Shown here one piece after another: positions 38,152 through 48,822 of a stretch of DNA of 64,000 bases. The notes under the pieces were generated by a model that was given only the letters and a program-made list of their open reading frames with translations, had not been told where the DNA came from and did no database searches. Position 1 is the first letter of the stretch. Each line of letters starts with the position of its first letter. Source of the DNA: Acidobacteriota bacterium (GTDB lineage: Bacteria > Acidobacteriota > UBA890 > WLXD01); NCBI GenBank assembly GCA_965248695.1, contig CBDFKD010000002.1, positions 800,001 to 864,000 on the forward strand, given 5' to 3'. The position numbers and the translations under genes were made by a program.

Positions 38152-39846
38152 CTACTCCGCTCGGTAGCGGACCAGGCCATCGATGATGGTCGCCTCGACC
38201 TGCATATCCATGAGGCGTTCGGGGTCGGTGAGCGGATCCCCCGTCAAGACCACCAGATCCGCCAGCTTGCCGGGCTCGATGGAGCCCTTGACGTCGTCCT
38301 CGAATCCGGCCCGGGCGGCCCAGATCGTGTGCATGCGGATCGCGTCCAACGGCGAGATTGCCTGTTCAGGCTCGATTTGTTCGCCATCACGGTTGGTACG
38401 AAGCACCTCGCGGGCGAAGCTGAAGAGCGGGTTGATCGAGAACGTCTGAGTACCTGCCGAGTCGGCGTTGCCGGGCGGCCGAAACCCCATCTCCAGCAGC
38501 TTGGCATACGGGTAACGAATGTTCTCCGATGGTGGGCGCGGTCGACTTCCCCACATGAACGAGGCGGTGGGGACGGCGATGACGCCAAGCTCGCGCGCAC
38601 GGGTAAGTGCCGCTTCACCCACCTCTCCCGCCATGTAGTTGCCCAAGTGCTCGATGCGGTGACGGTGGTCCTGATCCGGCCGCGCGATGAGCGCCGCCTC
38701 CACCGCATCAAGCGCCAGATCCTGCGCTTTGTCGCCGATCGCGTGGATCCAGAGTTGCCAGCCGGCCTCGTGGGCTGCGGCAACGTCGCTGTTGAGCTGC
38801 GCGACGCTCCGCGTGAGCCCGAAGTTCGGGATCCCCTCCCGTTCCCGACCGTAGGTCGCCGACGCCTCGCCGTCGCCGTCGACGAACATCTTGATCGCAC
38901 CGACACGCAGCCATTCGTCGCCCATGCCCGAACGCACCCCGAGCGCCAGGATGGTCGCCATGTCACCGAACGGCTGGTGGCCGGGCGCGGCGGTGAAGTT
39001 CAGATGGATCCGTACCGGCAACTCTCCGTCGTCGTGCAGCTGCTGGTAGGCACGAACTCCTCCGGTCGTCGCCGGCAGGGCGTAGACGGTCGTTACGCCG
39101 GTTTTCATCCACACGTCTGCGAGCGTGTCCCGGATGGCCTCGCGCAGCTCGTCGTAGGGCAGCGGCGGCATCGGGAACACATCGAAGGCCTCCCGGAAGA
39201 TCCCGGTTGGCTGGCCGTCGGGACCACGATCGATGCGACCGCCCGGCGGATCCTGGAAGTCCCCGTCGATGCCGCTCATCTCGATTGCCTTCTGATTGGC
39301 GACCTGGCGGTGCATGCTCCAGCGCAGCACCACCGGATGGTCCGGCGCAACGCGGTCCAGCTCCTGCTTGCTGGGCATCTCCTGGCCGTACGTCCCTTGC
39401 CCCAGGATCCAGGAGCCAGCAGGTAGCTCGGCCACCTGCTCGGCGACCTTGTCGAGGACGTCAGCGCTGGATTCGAGCGGCGGGCTGTGCACCCGCAGGA
39501 TGAGGTGCTCGGAGCGCGCCGTGTGCTCGACGTGATTGTGGGAATCGATGAAGCCGGGCAACAGGCTCTGGCCGTCGAGCTCGATGACCTCGGTCGACGA
39601 CCCGATCCAGGGCTCGATGTCCCCGCTGGAGCCTACGGCGGCGATCCGGTTGCCGACGATCGCCACCGCCTCATGGAGGCTCCCCTGATCGTCCACGGTG
39701 ATAACGTTGCCACCCCGGAGGACCAGATCGGCGCGCTGGACGTCCCCTTGCCCCGCAGTGCAGGCGCCGCCGGCGCCGAGAACGACAGACAGCAGAAGCA
39801 GCACACTTCGAGCGTCTCTGCGATTTGCAGTCAATGGCATCCCCAA
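38152..39846 (-). CDS. YtcJ-like amidohydrolase, probable lipoprotein
   Basis: PGFIDSHNH, HAIGD, RIEH, GSIEPGKLADLVVL. Confidence 0.9.
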   Translation of the reverse strand: MGMPLTANRRDARSVLLLLSVVLGAGGACTAGQGDVQRADLVLRGGNVITVDDQGSLHEAVAIVGNRIAAVGSSGDIEPWIGSSTEVIELDGQSLLPGFIDSHNHVEHTARSEHLILRVHSPPLESSADVLDKVAEQVAELPAGSWILGQGTYGQEMPSKQELDRVAPDHPVVLRWSMHRQVANQKAIEMSGIDGDFQDPPGGRIDRGPDGQPTGIFREAFDVFPMPPLPYDELREAIRDTLADVWMKTGVTTVYALPATTGGVRAYQQLHDDGELPVRIHLNFTAAPGHQPFGDMATILALGVRSGMGDEWLRVGAIKMFVDGDGEASATYGREREGIPNFGLTRSVAQLNSDVAAAHEAGWQLWIHAIGDKAQDLALDAVEAALIARPDQDHRHRIEHLGNYMAGEVGEAALTRARELGVIAVPTASFMWGSRPRPPSENIRYPYAKLLEMGFRPPGNADSAGTQTFSINPLFSFAREVLRTNRDGEQIEPEQAISPLDAIRMHTIWAARAGFEDDVKGSIEPGKLADLVVLTGDPLTDPERLMDMQVEATIIDGLVRYRAE

Positions 39847-39874
39847 ATTGTCTTGCTCGCAGAACGGTCGACTA

Positions 39875-41194
39875 TCACACCACCGAGATCTCGATCGGCA
39901 ACTCGGAGAGCAAGCGAGCCCCTTCGGGCTCGAAGACGAACGACTGCATCAGCGACTGGCCCATCAGGCTCTCGTAGTTGGTGACCATACGATCCTGGAA
40001 CACCCAGCCATCCGGGTCGTCGCCCAGGCCGATGACGCTGAAGGTGTCACCGTCGTTACGGCGCCCGAACGACCACACGAAGGGACCGACCCAGTCGGGC
40101 GGGAAGCTGATGCCCAGGTCGTAGCCGAAGCCCCGCGGATCCAGACCGACTTCGTCGTAGTACTCCCTGAGCGCGTTGCAGACATCCGCAATCGGGGTAC
40201 CAGCGCGGCCGTGCTCGCTGATCACCGCGAACGAACCGGCGTTCTTGGCATACGCCTCGACGGCCTCGGCGGGTGGCTCTCCGATCCAGTAGGTGCGAGA
40301 CGTGTTGGCGTGATAGCGGTGTGCAACGCCGCACAGATCGGCGAACAGTGCGTCGCCCTGCTTCAGGACCTTGCGCGACGGACACGCATGCGAGCCTCTG
40401 GGGTTTCTGACCCCGCAGATCAACGCCGGCGTTCCACCTCCGGCCGCAAACATCCCCCGCAGGGCCTCACCGTACATCTCCAGCTCGGTGACCCCTGGGT
40501 GCAGGGCGGCACGGATGGCCTCGTGGCCGGCGTCGCAGATTCGCCCGGCGTCGTCCATGACGGCGATCTCCTCGGCCGACTTGACGAGCCGAACGTCGCG
40601 CATCACGTCGCTGCTGTCGACGACCGTACAGCCAGCGTTGGTGAAAGCCGCCTCGAGGGGCTCCGCCAGCACCGGAGGGGGCCTGTAGCTCCACCGGTCG
40701 ATGCCCACCGTGCCTCCGAGCCATCCTTCCGCCCGCAGCTCATCGATGACGAAGTCGATGCCGCCTTGGAGGACGCGAAAGTCCTTGACCACCGTGATGG
40801 CGTCCATCGTGCCTTGATGGCTGCCGCTGTCGAAGTGAATCAGCTTGTCGTGGTCTACATGTACGGCGGTCCCGGAGCGCGGCAGCCAGCCCTTCGGCGA
40901 GTTGCCCTGGTACCAGTTCAGGATCATGCCGTGCAAGTAGCACATCCCCTCCGGCAGCATCACCCACATCATATCGATGTTGTCCTGCGCCATACGCTCG
41001 CGCACGCGCCGCAACCGATCCTGGTATTCAGCCTCCGAGAACGCCGGCTGCAGCTCATCGACACCCACCGGATTGCGTTCTTGCGCCGCTGCGGGCAGGC
41101 CGCTGACGGACCCTGAATCGCCGCACCCGGCCGCCATCGCTGCTGCTGCGGACGAGCCCAAGAAAGCCCGACGGTTGATTGCACTCTTGGTCAT
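39875..41194 (-). CDS. M24/creatinase-like hydrolase (DoeA-like) with Tat-lipoprotein signal
   Basis: NRRAFL...AAGC, 'FSEAEYQDRL', RLVKS..EI, GYDLGISFPPDW. Confidence 0.8.
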   Translation of the reverse strand: MTKSAINRRAFLGSSAAAAMAAGCGDSGSVSGLPAAAQERNPVGVDELQPAFSEAEYQDRLRRVRERMAQDNIDMMWVMLPEGMCYLHGMILNWYQGNSPKGWLPRSGTAVHVDHDKLIHFDSGSHQGTMDAITVVKDFRVLQGGIDFVIDELRAEGWLGGTVGIDRWSYRPPPVLAEPLEAAFTNAGCTVVDSSDVMRDVRLVKSAEEIAVMDDAGRICDAGHEAIRAALHPGVTELEMYGEALRGMFAAGGGTPALICGVRNPRGSHACPSRKVLKQGDALFADLCGVAHRYHANTSRTYWIGEPPAEAVEAYAKNAGSFAVISEHGRAGTPIADVCNALREYYDEVGLDPRGFGYDLGISFPPDWVGPFVWSFGRRNDGDTFSVIGLGDDPDGWVFQDRMVTNYESLMGQSLMQSFVFEPEGARLLSELPIEISVV

Positions 41195-41496
41195 TGGCTG
41201 AACCTCCCCAGATCGTTGGGCCGCCATCACGATCGCCGAGGTCTCCGTAGTTGTGGAGGAAGCTGATGGCGACGCCGACCAGACATTGCGGCGATTTAAT
41301 TCGACCGGGGCTGCGGTGTCCAGGGATCGAGCCGGGGGTGGGTCAAATACTCACCGCGGCAATGAGGACTGCTAGCCTTGGCCGGCGAAGGGTCGCTCCC
41401 GATATGGGGCGACCAATTGGCTGAAACAGGGACCCCGTCGAGGGATCTTGTTGACGCGATGACGAAGTACAGAAATGGAATAACCAGGAGATCTCC

Positions 41497-42864
41497 ATGC
41501 TCAACCGCCTGGCGTTGCTAACGGCGCTTTGCTGCCTCACTGTTCCCGCTCACGCCCAAACGATCGCGGACGAAGCCCTGGCCTGGCTACAGAACTTCAT
41601 ACGCGTCGATACGATCAACCCACCCGGCAACGAGACTCGCGCGGTCGAGTTCATTGCTGACATCCTTGAAGCCGAAGGGATTGCCTATCAAACGGCAGAA
41701 AGCGCACCGGGTCGCGGCAACCTGTGGGCACGCCTGGAGGGTGGTGACGAGCGTGCACTGATCATGCTGCAGCACACGGATGTCGTTCCGGCCGATCCTG
41801 CGTACTGGACGACCGATCCTCTATCCGGCGAGATCAACGACGGCTATCTCTGGGGACGCGGTGCACTCGACATGAAGGGCACCGGCATCTCGCAGCTGGC
41901 AACCTTCATAAGCCTGCATCGGGCGGGAGTTCCGCTGAATCGCGATGTCGTTCTGGTCGCCACTGCTGATGAAGAAGCCGGTGGTTTCTTCGGTGCTGGC
42001 TGGCTCACCGAGAACCACCCCGAAATATTCGAAGGCGCCGGTTTGCTGATCAACGAGGGCGGCTACGGAGAGCAGAATGACAAAGCACTCGTATTCAACG
42101 TCGAGGTAACTCAAAAGGTCCCTGTCTGGTTGCGCCTGACTGCTGTCGACACGCCGGGACACGGCTCAATGCCGAACGCGACCTCCTCGGTCACGCGTAT
42201 TGTCGATGCGCTCAGCATCGTCAAAGACAATCCGTCACCGCCCCGTATCGTCCCGGCTGTCGACGCGATGTTCCAGTCACTCTCGGGAGCCGCCGCCCCC
42301 GAATGGGCCGCTGCCTATGCCGATATGTCCGCTGCCGTCACGGATCCTGAGTTCATGACGCGGTTCCAGGAACACTCCGCCGTCTTGCATGCGCTGACGC
42401 GCGACACCTGCTCAATCACGCGATTCGACGCGTCCAACAAGATCAATGTCGTGCCTCCAGAGGCTTGGGCCGAAATTGATTGCCGCATACTTCCAGACAG
42501 ACCAGCCGATGTGTTCGTGAACGAAATGCGTCAGCTCACAAAAGACACTGGCGTGGAAATCTCGGTCATCATGGCATTCACGCCGGCCGTGTCCTCTACC
42601 GAGTCCAGGCTCTACAGCGCCATCGAAACCGTGACCAGCGAGCGCTATCCGGGATCGAGAGTAATGCCCTATGTTAGCACAGGCTTCACCGACAGCCATT
42701 TCACTAGGGACCTAGGCATTGTCAGCTACGGCTTCGACCCCACCATCGTGCCGGAATCGGAGTTCTCCAGAATTCATGGCAATGATGAACGCATCAGCGT
42801 GGGGGCGTTCAAGCGCGGTGTGATGGACCACCTGGCGATCATCCAGACCGTCGTTTACGACTGA
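41497..42864 (+). CDS. Secreted M20/M25/M40 metallopeptidase
   Basis: HTDVVP, GRGALDMKG, DEE, GFTDS, HGNDE. Confidence 0.9.
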   Translation: MLNRLALLTALCCLTVPAHAQTIADEALAWLQNFIRVDTINPPGNETRAVEFIADILEAEGIAYQTAESAPGRGNLWARLEGGDERALIMLQHTDVVPADPAYWTTDPLSGEINDGYLWGRGALDMKGTGISQLATFISLHRAGVPLNRDVVLVATADEEAGGFFGAGWLTENHPEIFEGAGLLINEGGYGEQNDKALVFNVEVTQKVPVWLRLTAVDTPGHGSMPNATSSVTRIVDALSIVKDNPSPPRIVPAVDAMFQSLSGAAAPEWAAAYADMSAAVTDPEFMTRFQEHSAVLHALTRDTCSITRFDASNKINVVPPEAWAEIDCRILPDRPADVFVNEMRQLTKDTGVEISVIMAFTPAVSSTESRLYSAIETVTSERYPGSRVMPYVSTGFTDSHFTRDLGIVSYGFDPTIVPESEFSRIHGNDERISVGAFKRGVMDHLAIIQTVVYD

Positions 42865-42979
42865 ACGACGCCGTCGCCGCCTACTCCTCGACAGGCCCCT
42901 GGGCGTTGGGCATGGTGGCGCGGTACGAGCTGTGAACTTCGGTCATCGAGAGCCTCGGTGCTTGGGACGCCTGCAGAGC

Positions 42980-43011
42980 AATTATTCTTGCTATTAATAG
43001 CAAGAATAATT
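42980..43011. promoter_or_regulatory. 32-bp perfect palindrome overlapping a sigma70-like promoter
   Basis: AATTATTCTTGCTATT|AATAGCAAGAATAATT; TTGCTA(42988)-17-TACTAT(43011). Confidence 0.8.
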
Positions 43012-43064
43012 ACTATTAATCATAACTTTCTGTTCCATTCAACCCCGTTGAGAGCGCCTCTGTC

Positions 43065-43451
43065 ATGAGCCCTTCCCTCGACGACCGGCCGGCGTCGGGA
43101 TCGTCCGACCTCCCCTGGAGACCGTCAGCATCTCGGTTGCTGGGGAGTGCACGGCGCACGCAGATTCTCCTCCTGGTCGCTTTGCTCGAGGAGACCTACG
43201 CCTCGGAGCTTGCGCGGCTCCTCGAGGTGACTCCCTTTCAAGTCCGCAGGATTGTCGATGACCTGGAGTCGGAAGGCGTCCTGGCGGCACGAACCAGGGG
43301 CCGCATGCGCTTCGTCCGTCTGGACCCCCGGTTCTTCGCTGCCAAGGAGTTCAAGGCGCTCCTGAAGAAGCTGGCCCAGGCGAATCCCGAGCTACTCGAG
43401 ACCGCCGAGAAGCGGCGCTCCCGACCGCGACGACGAGGCAAGCCGATCTGA
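43065..43451 (+). CDS. Winged HTH protein (ArsR-like), putative antitoxin/regulator
   Basis: 'YASELARLL...VRRIVDDLESEGVL', basic tail RPRRRGKPI. Confidence 0.75.
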   Translation: MSPSLDDRPASGSSDLPWRPSASRLLGSARRTQILLLVALLEETYASELARLLEVTPFQVRRIVDDLESEGVLAARTRGRMRFVRLDPRFFAAKEFKALLKKLAQANPELLETAEKRRSRPRRRGKPI

Positions 43452-43987
43452 CGATAACGGCCGCATCGACGCTGACCGACGTTGCCTTCGAGGTGTGCAC
43501 CGCCCTCGAGAGCGTCGGCGTTACGGCGGTGCTCACCGGCGGCAGCGCGGCGACCTTCTATGCGCCGGAGGCGTATCAGTCTCGCGATCTGGACTTCGTG
43601 ATCGTGCTCGTCTCCATGCCGGGCAAGCATGAAGCGGCGCTCCGGAAGCTCGGGTATCACCGCAAAGGCAACTACTACCGGCATGACGAGAGCCAGTTCG
43701 TGCTCGACTTCGTGCCGCCTCCTCTGGCCGTCGGCGGCGACACCGTTCGTGGCTACGCCACAGAGCACCGGGCCGACCAGACCCTCCACGTCCTGACGCC
43801 GACCGACTGCTGCAGAGATCGACTTTCCGGCTTCTACCACTGGGCGGATCTGGGCAGCCTTGCCCAGGCCGTCGCGGTCGCGCGAGCCCGAGCCGACGAA
43901 GTCGACCTCGCTCGAATCGAGCGTTGGTCGACCGACGAAGGGATGGCAGACAAGTTCGACGACTTTGCGACCCGGCTCGACGTGTGA
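43448..43987 (+). CDS. Nucleotidyltransferase-fold protein (AbiEii/DUF6036-like)
   Basis: VLTGGSAA...SRDLDFV motif. The reading frame extends to a CTG overlapping the upstream TGA. Confidence 0.7.
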   Translation: MTITAASTLTDVAFEVCTALESVGVTAVLTGGSAATFYAPEAYQSRDLDFVIVLVSMPGKHEAALRKLGYHRKGNYYRHDESQFVLDFVPPPLAVGGDTVRGYATEHRADQTLHVLTPTDCCRDRLSGFYHWADLGSLAQAVAVARARADEVDLARIERWSTDEGMADKFDDFATRLDV

Positions 43988-44221
43988 CCGGTCGCGGCGG
44001 AAGCTCGCAAGAAGCTCTACAAGCTGGTCGACGAGGTACAGGAATCGCACGAGCCGGTGCAAATCACCGGCAAGCGCGGCAACGCGGTTCTGATCGCCGA
44101 AGATGACTGGCGTGCGATCGAGGAGACCCTGTATCTCGTATCGATCCCCGGCATGCGCGAGTCAATCCGCGAGGGCCCGGAGACACCTGTCGACGAGCTA
44201 GAGGAACAGCTCGACTGGTGA
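43988..44221 (+). pseudogene. yefM: Phd/YefM antitoxin lacking an in-frame start
   Basis: AEARKKLYKLVDEVQESHEPVQITGKRGNAVLIAEDDWRAIEETLYL...PGMRESIREG; absent from the ORF track. Confidence 0.85.
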
Positions 44222-44483
44222 GCTGGCGGCTCGTCTACACCAAGGCGGCAAAGAAGGACGCCAGGAAGCTCGCAGCGGCCGGCCTCAAGCCCCGCGCCGC
44301 GGCGCTGCTCGAGATCCTCGCGCGGGACCCGTACCAGTCGCCGCCCCGCTTCGAGAAGCTCGTCGGCGACTTGGAGGGAGCCTACTCACGCAGAATCAAC
44401 ATCCAGCAACGACTTGTCTACCAGGTCGTCAAACGACGAGAAGGCGGTCAAGGTGCTCCGGATGTGGATTGCACTACGAGTAG
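44218..44483 (+). pseudogene. yoeB: Txe/YoeB toxin with two frameshifts
   Basis: PPRFEKLVGDLEGAYSRRINIQQRLVYQV; VKVLRMW and HYE* lie in shifted frames. Confidence 0.85.
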
Positions 44484-44519
44484 CCCTGGACACCACCGGC
44501 AACACACGTGCGACGGGTA

Positions 44520-47500
44520 TTAGGCACTTTCGCCGGGAAGGTCGGTCTTCGGGGCTCCATAGCGCGAATACAGGGCGGGAACGAGCAGGACGTTCAGCAG
44601 CGTCGAGGTCACCAGGCCGCCGATGATCACGACTGCCATCGGGTGCTCGATCTCATGGCCCGGGCGGTTCCCTCCGGCGACGATCGGCACGAGCGCCAGC
44701 ATGGTCGTGAGCGCGGTCATGAGGATCGGTGCGAGCCGTTCTTCGGCCCCGCGGGTGATGAGCTCCGGGCCGAACGGGACTCCCTCCTCGAACTGCAGGT
44801 GCCGGTAGTGGCTGATCAACATGATGCCGTTGCGCCCGGCAATGCCGAGGACCGTCACGAAGCCGACCAGTGATCCGAGCGACAAGACCCCGCCGGTTAC
44901 CAACACAGCTGCGACGCTCCCGATGAGCGCAAACGGCAGGCTGGCGAAGATGAGCCCGGCGACACGGAACGAGCCGAAGTCGGCGTGCAGTATCAGGAGG
45001 ATGCCCAGAGCCGACAAGAGCGACAGCGCCAGCAATCGATTTCGTGCCGCGCGCTGCTCGACGTACTCGCCGAGGAACTCCGGGTGGTAGCCCTGGTCGA
45101 AGACCACGTTGCCGACGGCCGCCTCGACGTCGGTGGCCACGGCGCCGAGAGCGCGCCCGACGACGTTGCAGGTGATGTCGATCCGCCTCGACGAGCCCTC
45201 GCGCAGAATGGCGTTGGGGCTCGGCGCGATACGTACCTCGGCCAGGTCACCAAGGGGCACGTGCGCCCCGCCGGGGGTGTCGATCCGCAGCCGGCGCAGG
45301 TCCTCGACATCATTGCGAATCGACTCCGCGCCCCAGACGACCACGTCGAGGGTCATCTGCTGTTCGTAGATCTCGCCTACCTTGACGCCGGCTATCAACG
45401 TCGTCGCGGCTCTGCGCACCTCACCAGCGGTGAGCCCATACTGAGACAGCACCGCCTGGCGCGGACGCACGACCAGCTGCGGAACCTCCTCTTGCTGCTC
45501 GACGTGCAGATCCGCCACCCCGGCCACCGTCGCCATCGCCTGTTGAACACGATCGGCGTGGTCGCGAAGCCCGTCGAGATCCGGTCCGTAGACGCGCACC
45601 ACGATCGTGGCGCTGGCGCCCGTCAGCACCTCCTTGATGCGCTCCTTGAGATAGGTGAGCACATCGCGGAACAGGCCCGGGTAACCGTTCACCACTTCCT
45701 GGATCTGACCCAACGTGGCGTCATAGTCGACGTCGGGATCCATGCTGATCCACAGCTCGGTGAAGTTCGGGCCCACCACCTCGTCGGCAACCTCCGCGCG
45801 CCCAATGTGTGCGCCGAAGTTACGCACCCCCTCGATCGCGCGCAGCTCGCGGCTGGCACGCACGGTGATGCGGCGCATCGCCTCCAGCGACGTGCCCGGC
45901 TTTTCCACCCAGTGCATCAGGAAGTCGTACTCCTTGAAATCGGGCAGGAACTCCTCCCCCAGAAAAGGGACGACCGACAGGGCCGCGACAATGACGATCA
46001 CCATCGCCGGCACCACCAAGCGTCTGGCTGCCAGAATCCTCGGCAGGATGCGTCGATAGCGCCGTTTGAGCCATCCGACGACCGGCGCGTCGCCTGCCGT
46101 CCCGACGGCGCCCGGCAACAGCAACAGCGACAGCGCCGGCGTCACGGTCAGCGCCACCGCAAGCGACGCCAGAATCGCGAGCACGTAGGACAGCGCCAGC
46201 GGCCGGAAGAACGACCCGGACAGTCCGCCGAGGAAGAACACCGGGACAAACACCAGGACGACGATCATGCTGCCGTACACAACCGCGCTGCGCACCTCGA
46301 GCGAAGCATCGAGCACGACCCGGTGGGCCGGGCGCGGATTTGGAGCGCTGGCCTCCAAACGCAGACGTCGCACGATGTTCTCGACGTCGATGATGGCATC
46401 GTCAACGACCTCGCCGAGGGCGATGATCAACCCGGCCAGGATCATCGTGTTGATCGTTCCACCCCGGTAGTAGAGGACGGTGGCGGCGGCCAAGAGCGAC
46501 AGCGGGATGGCAACGACGCTGATCGCGGCAGTGCGCCACTCGTACAGGAACGCGAACAGCACCATCACGACGAGCACGATGCCGAGCGACAGCGCGCTCC
46601 GCAGGTTCTCGAGCGACATGCGGATGAAGGTCGCCGGGCGAAAGATGGTGGAATCGAGCTCGACGCCCGCCAGCCCGGGACGAAGCGCGTCGAGCGCCGC
46701 CTCGACGTCGCGCGTCACCTCGAACGTGTTTCCCCACGGTTGCTTTTCGACGATGAGCAACAGTCCCGGGCCGTCGTTGATGATCGCGTCGCCGATCATC
46801 GGTTGATGACCCTCGACGACATCGCTGACATCGCCTACCCGGATCACCGCTCCGTTTCGATAGGCAACGACAACATCCGCCAAGTCGGCTGGCGTCTGGA
46901 CCGGCTGGCGTTGCAGTACGGCGAGCCGTTGATTGGCCGTGTCGACGAAGCCGCCGGCGCCCACGAACAGCGCCCGCTGTCCGGCAGACACCACTTCGTC
47001 GAGCGTCACGCCGCCGGCGCGCAGCCGGTCAGGCTCTACGAGTGCTTGCAGCTGACGGTCCTGCTGCCCCCAGATGGCGACGTTGGCCACGCCGGGTACC
47101 GCCATCAGCCGCGGGCGGATCGTCCAGACGGCGAGCGTCGAGAGCTCCATCTGCGTGAGCGTCGACGACGACATGCCGATCTTGAGCATGCGGCTGGTCG
47201 CCGAAAGCGGTGGGAGCACCACCGGGGTGCTCGCGACGTCGGGAAGCAGTGTGGTGATCGCCGCCACTCGCTCCTGAACGATCTGCCGGGCGCGCCAAAG
47301 GTCGGTGCCTTCCTCGAAGATCAGCACCACCGACGACAGGCCGAGCACCGTCTTGGACCGTATCGTCGCCAGGAACGAGATCCCGTTCAGGACGTTCTCG
47401 ATCGGAATCGTGACGAGGTTCTCGACCTCGGGCGTCGACAGGCCCGGCGCCTCGATTTGGATCTCCACGAGCGTCGGCGCGAACTCGGGAAAGACATCGA

Positions 47501-47603
47501 ACGGCGCGTCCTCGGCGATGCGCGCTCCGATGACGATCAGTATCGCCGCCAGCGCGACGACCACGACCCGGTAGGTGAGCGCCTTATCGACGAGCCGGCG
47601 CAT
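44520..47603 (-). CDS. CusA/CzcA family RND efflux permease
   Basis: [35 protein letters not shown]; 1027 aa. Confidence 0.92.
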   Translation of the reverse strand: MRRLVDKALTYRVVVVALAAILIVIGARIAEDAPFDVFPEFAPTLVEIQIEAPGLSTPEVENLVTIPIENVLNGISFLATIRSKTVLGLSSVVLIFEEGTDLWRARQIVQERVAAITTLLPDVASTPVVLPPLSATSRMLKIGMSSSTLTQMELSTLAVWTIRPRLMAVPGVANVAIWGQQDRQLQALVEPDRLRAGGVTLDEVVSAGQRALFVGAGGFVDTANQRLAVLQRQPVQTPADLADVVVAYRNGAVIRVGDVSDVVEGHQPMIGDAIINDGPGLLLIVEKQPWGNTFEVTRDVEAALDALRPGLAGVELDSTIFRPATFIRMSLENLRSALSLGIVLVVMVLFAFLYEWRTAAISVVAIPLSLLAAATVLYYRGGTINTMILAGLIIALGEVVDDAIIDVENIVRRLRLEASAPNPRPAHRVVLDASLEVRSAVVYGSMIVVLVFVPVFFLGGLSGSFFRPLALSYVLAILASLAVALTVTPALSLLLLPGAVGTAGDAPVVGWLKRRYRRILPRILAARRLVVPAMVIVIVAALSVVPFLGEEFLPDFKEYDFLMHWVEKPGTSLEAMRRITVRASRELRAIEGVRNFGAHIGRAEVADEVVGPNFTELWISMDPDVDYDATLGQIQEVVNGYPGLFRDVLTYLKERIKEVLTGASATIVVRVYGPDLDGLRDHADRVQQAMATVAGVADLHVEQQEEVPQLVVRPRQAVLSQYGLTAGEVRRAATTLIAGVKVGEIYEQQMTLDVVVWGAESIRNDVEDLRRLRIDTPGGAHVPLGDLAEVRIAPSPNAILREGSSRRIDITCNVVGRALGAVATDVEAAVGNVVFDQGYHPEFLGEYVEQRAARNRLLALSLLSALGILLILHADFGSFRVAGLIFASLPFALIGSVAAVLVTGGVLSLGSLVGFVTVLGIAGRNGIMLISHYRHLQFEEGVPFGPELITRGAEERLAPILMTALTTMLALVPIVAGGNRPGHEIEHPMAVVIIGGLVTSTLLNVLLVPALYSRYGAPKTDLPGESA

Positions 47604-47623
47604 CGGTCAACGGTCAGCGCGCA

Positions 47624-48799
47624 CTAGTGCGCGACTCCGAACTCCGTTCCGTATAGCTCCGCTGCGCCGTCGACGACGACGACCGTTCCCGGCTCCGGCC
47701 CCCTCGACAGCACCGCAAGGTCGCCGGCGACACGCTCGACCTCGACTCGATGGCGCGCGAACACGCCGGTCCCGAGCTGCTCATACACCCAGGTACCGCC
47801 GTGCACGTCGTATAGCAGCGCCGTGCGGCTCACGGTCAACTCGGGTCCATCCGTCGACTCGCTACGCAGGGACAGCGTCACCTAGACTCGCTGACCGGGC
47901 ATCAGGGCTCGGTCCTGGTTGGCGATGACGTAGAACAGGTCGACCGTGCCGGCCTCCGAATCGGCGGCCGGTGGCGCCAGCACCGGATCTGCGGTCTGCG
48001 CACCGGAGCCGACAACTGCCGGGGCGGATCGGTCGACGGACTCGAGGTCGCCTACGTAGACCGGTACTCGAACCCACAACGGATCTTCGTCTTCGATTCT
48101 GAAGAGCGGGCTACCCTGACTTACCGTCTGACCAGCGCCGACGTGCAGCTCGCTGAGGCGGCCGCCGATGGGCGTGACGATCGCCAGCCCGGCGTCGACT
48201 CCATCACCCCGACGATTCAGCCGCTCGAGCTGCGAGCGCACACCGCGGAGCATCGCCTCGGCAACCTCGAGCTCCGCTTGCGCCTGTTCCACCTCACGTT
48301 GCGAACCGGCTCCGTCTCGCAAGAGTTGCCGCGCGCGATCGGCCTGGGACCGCGCGGCGGTGGCGCGCGCCAGCGCCTCGGCTTCGAGCCGGATCAGGTC
48401 CTGGTCCGGAGCTACGTTGGGCATCAGAAGAAGGACCTCGAATCCGGAGCGCAGACGCCGACCCGGCTGAGGGATCCCACCGGCGGGGGCTACCAGCGTC
48501 CCGGTGAGCGGCGCGGGGACGACGATCGATCGGCCGGGCGGCACCCTCAGGGCGCCGCCGTACAGACGGTTCGCCGGAACTCGCCGCGATTCGACCGCCT
48601 GCGTCGTGATTCCGAGCCGCTGAACGGCCTGTGGAGTCAAGGTCAGATGCGCTGCCCCGCCTGCCTCCGATGCCGGCTCGACGTGCGCCGGCTCTTCGGC
48701 GGGCACCGGTTGCTCGCTGCCCGTACGCGCACAGGCGCCCGCCCAGCAACCCGCAGTCAGCATGAGGGCCATCGCGGATCTCGACGCGCGCCCTGTCAT
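47624..48799 (-). pseudogene. RND membrane fusion protein with in-frame TAG
   Basis: ...LMPGQRV-TAG-VTLSLR...WVYEQ...GAAELYGTEFG; stop at 47882-47884. Confidence 0.8.
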
Positions 48800-48822
48800 C
48801 GTGTGCGGTCGTGCCACGGGTA

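Noticed and set aside
43985-43987. Selenocysteine read-through fusing NTase and YefM
   Set aside because: Not a Cys-type position, no convincing SECIS-like hairpin, and the NTase ends naturally there.
44985-47627. 880-aa plus-strand ORF and similar long antisense ORFs (38140-39426, 39698-41116, 61202-62518)
   Set aside because: Stop-poor antisense frames of high-GC genes with no recognisable motifs.
47882-47884. Pyrrolysine recoding of the TAG in the RND adaptor
   Set aside because: Non-catalytic position, no pyl genes seen, and TAG is a normal stop for many genes in the window.
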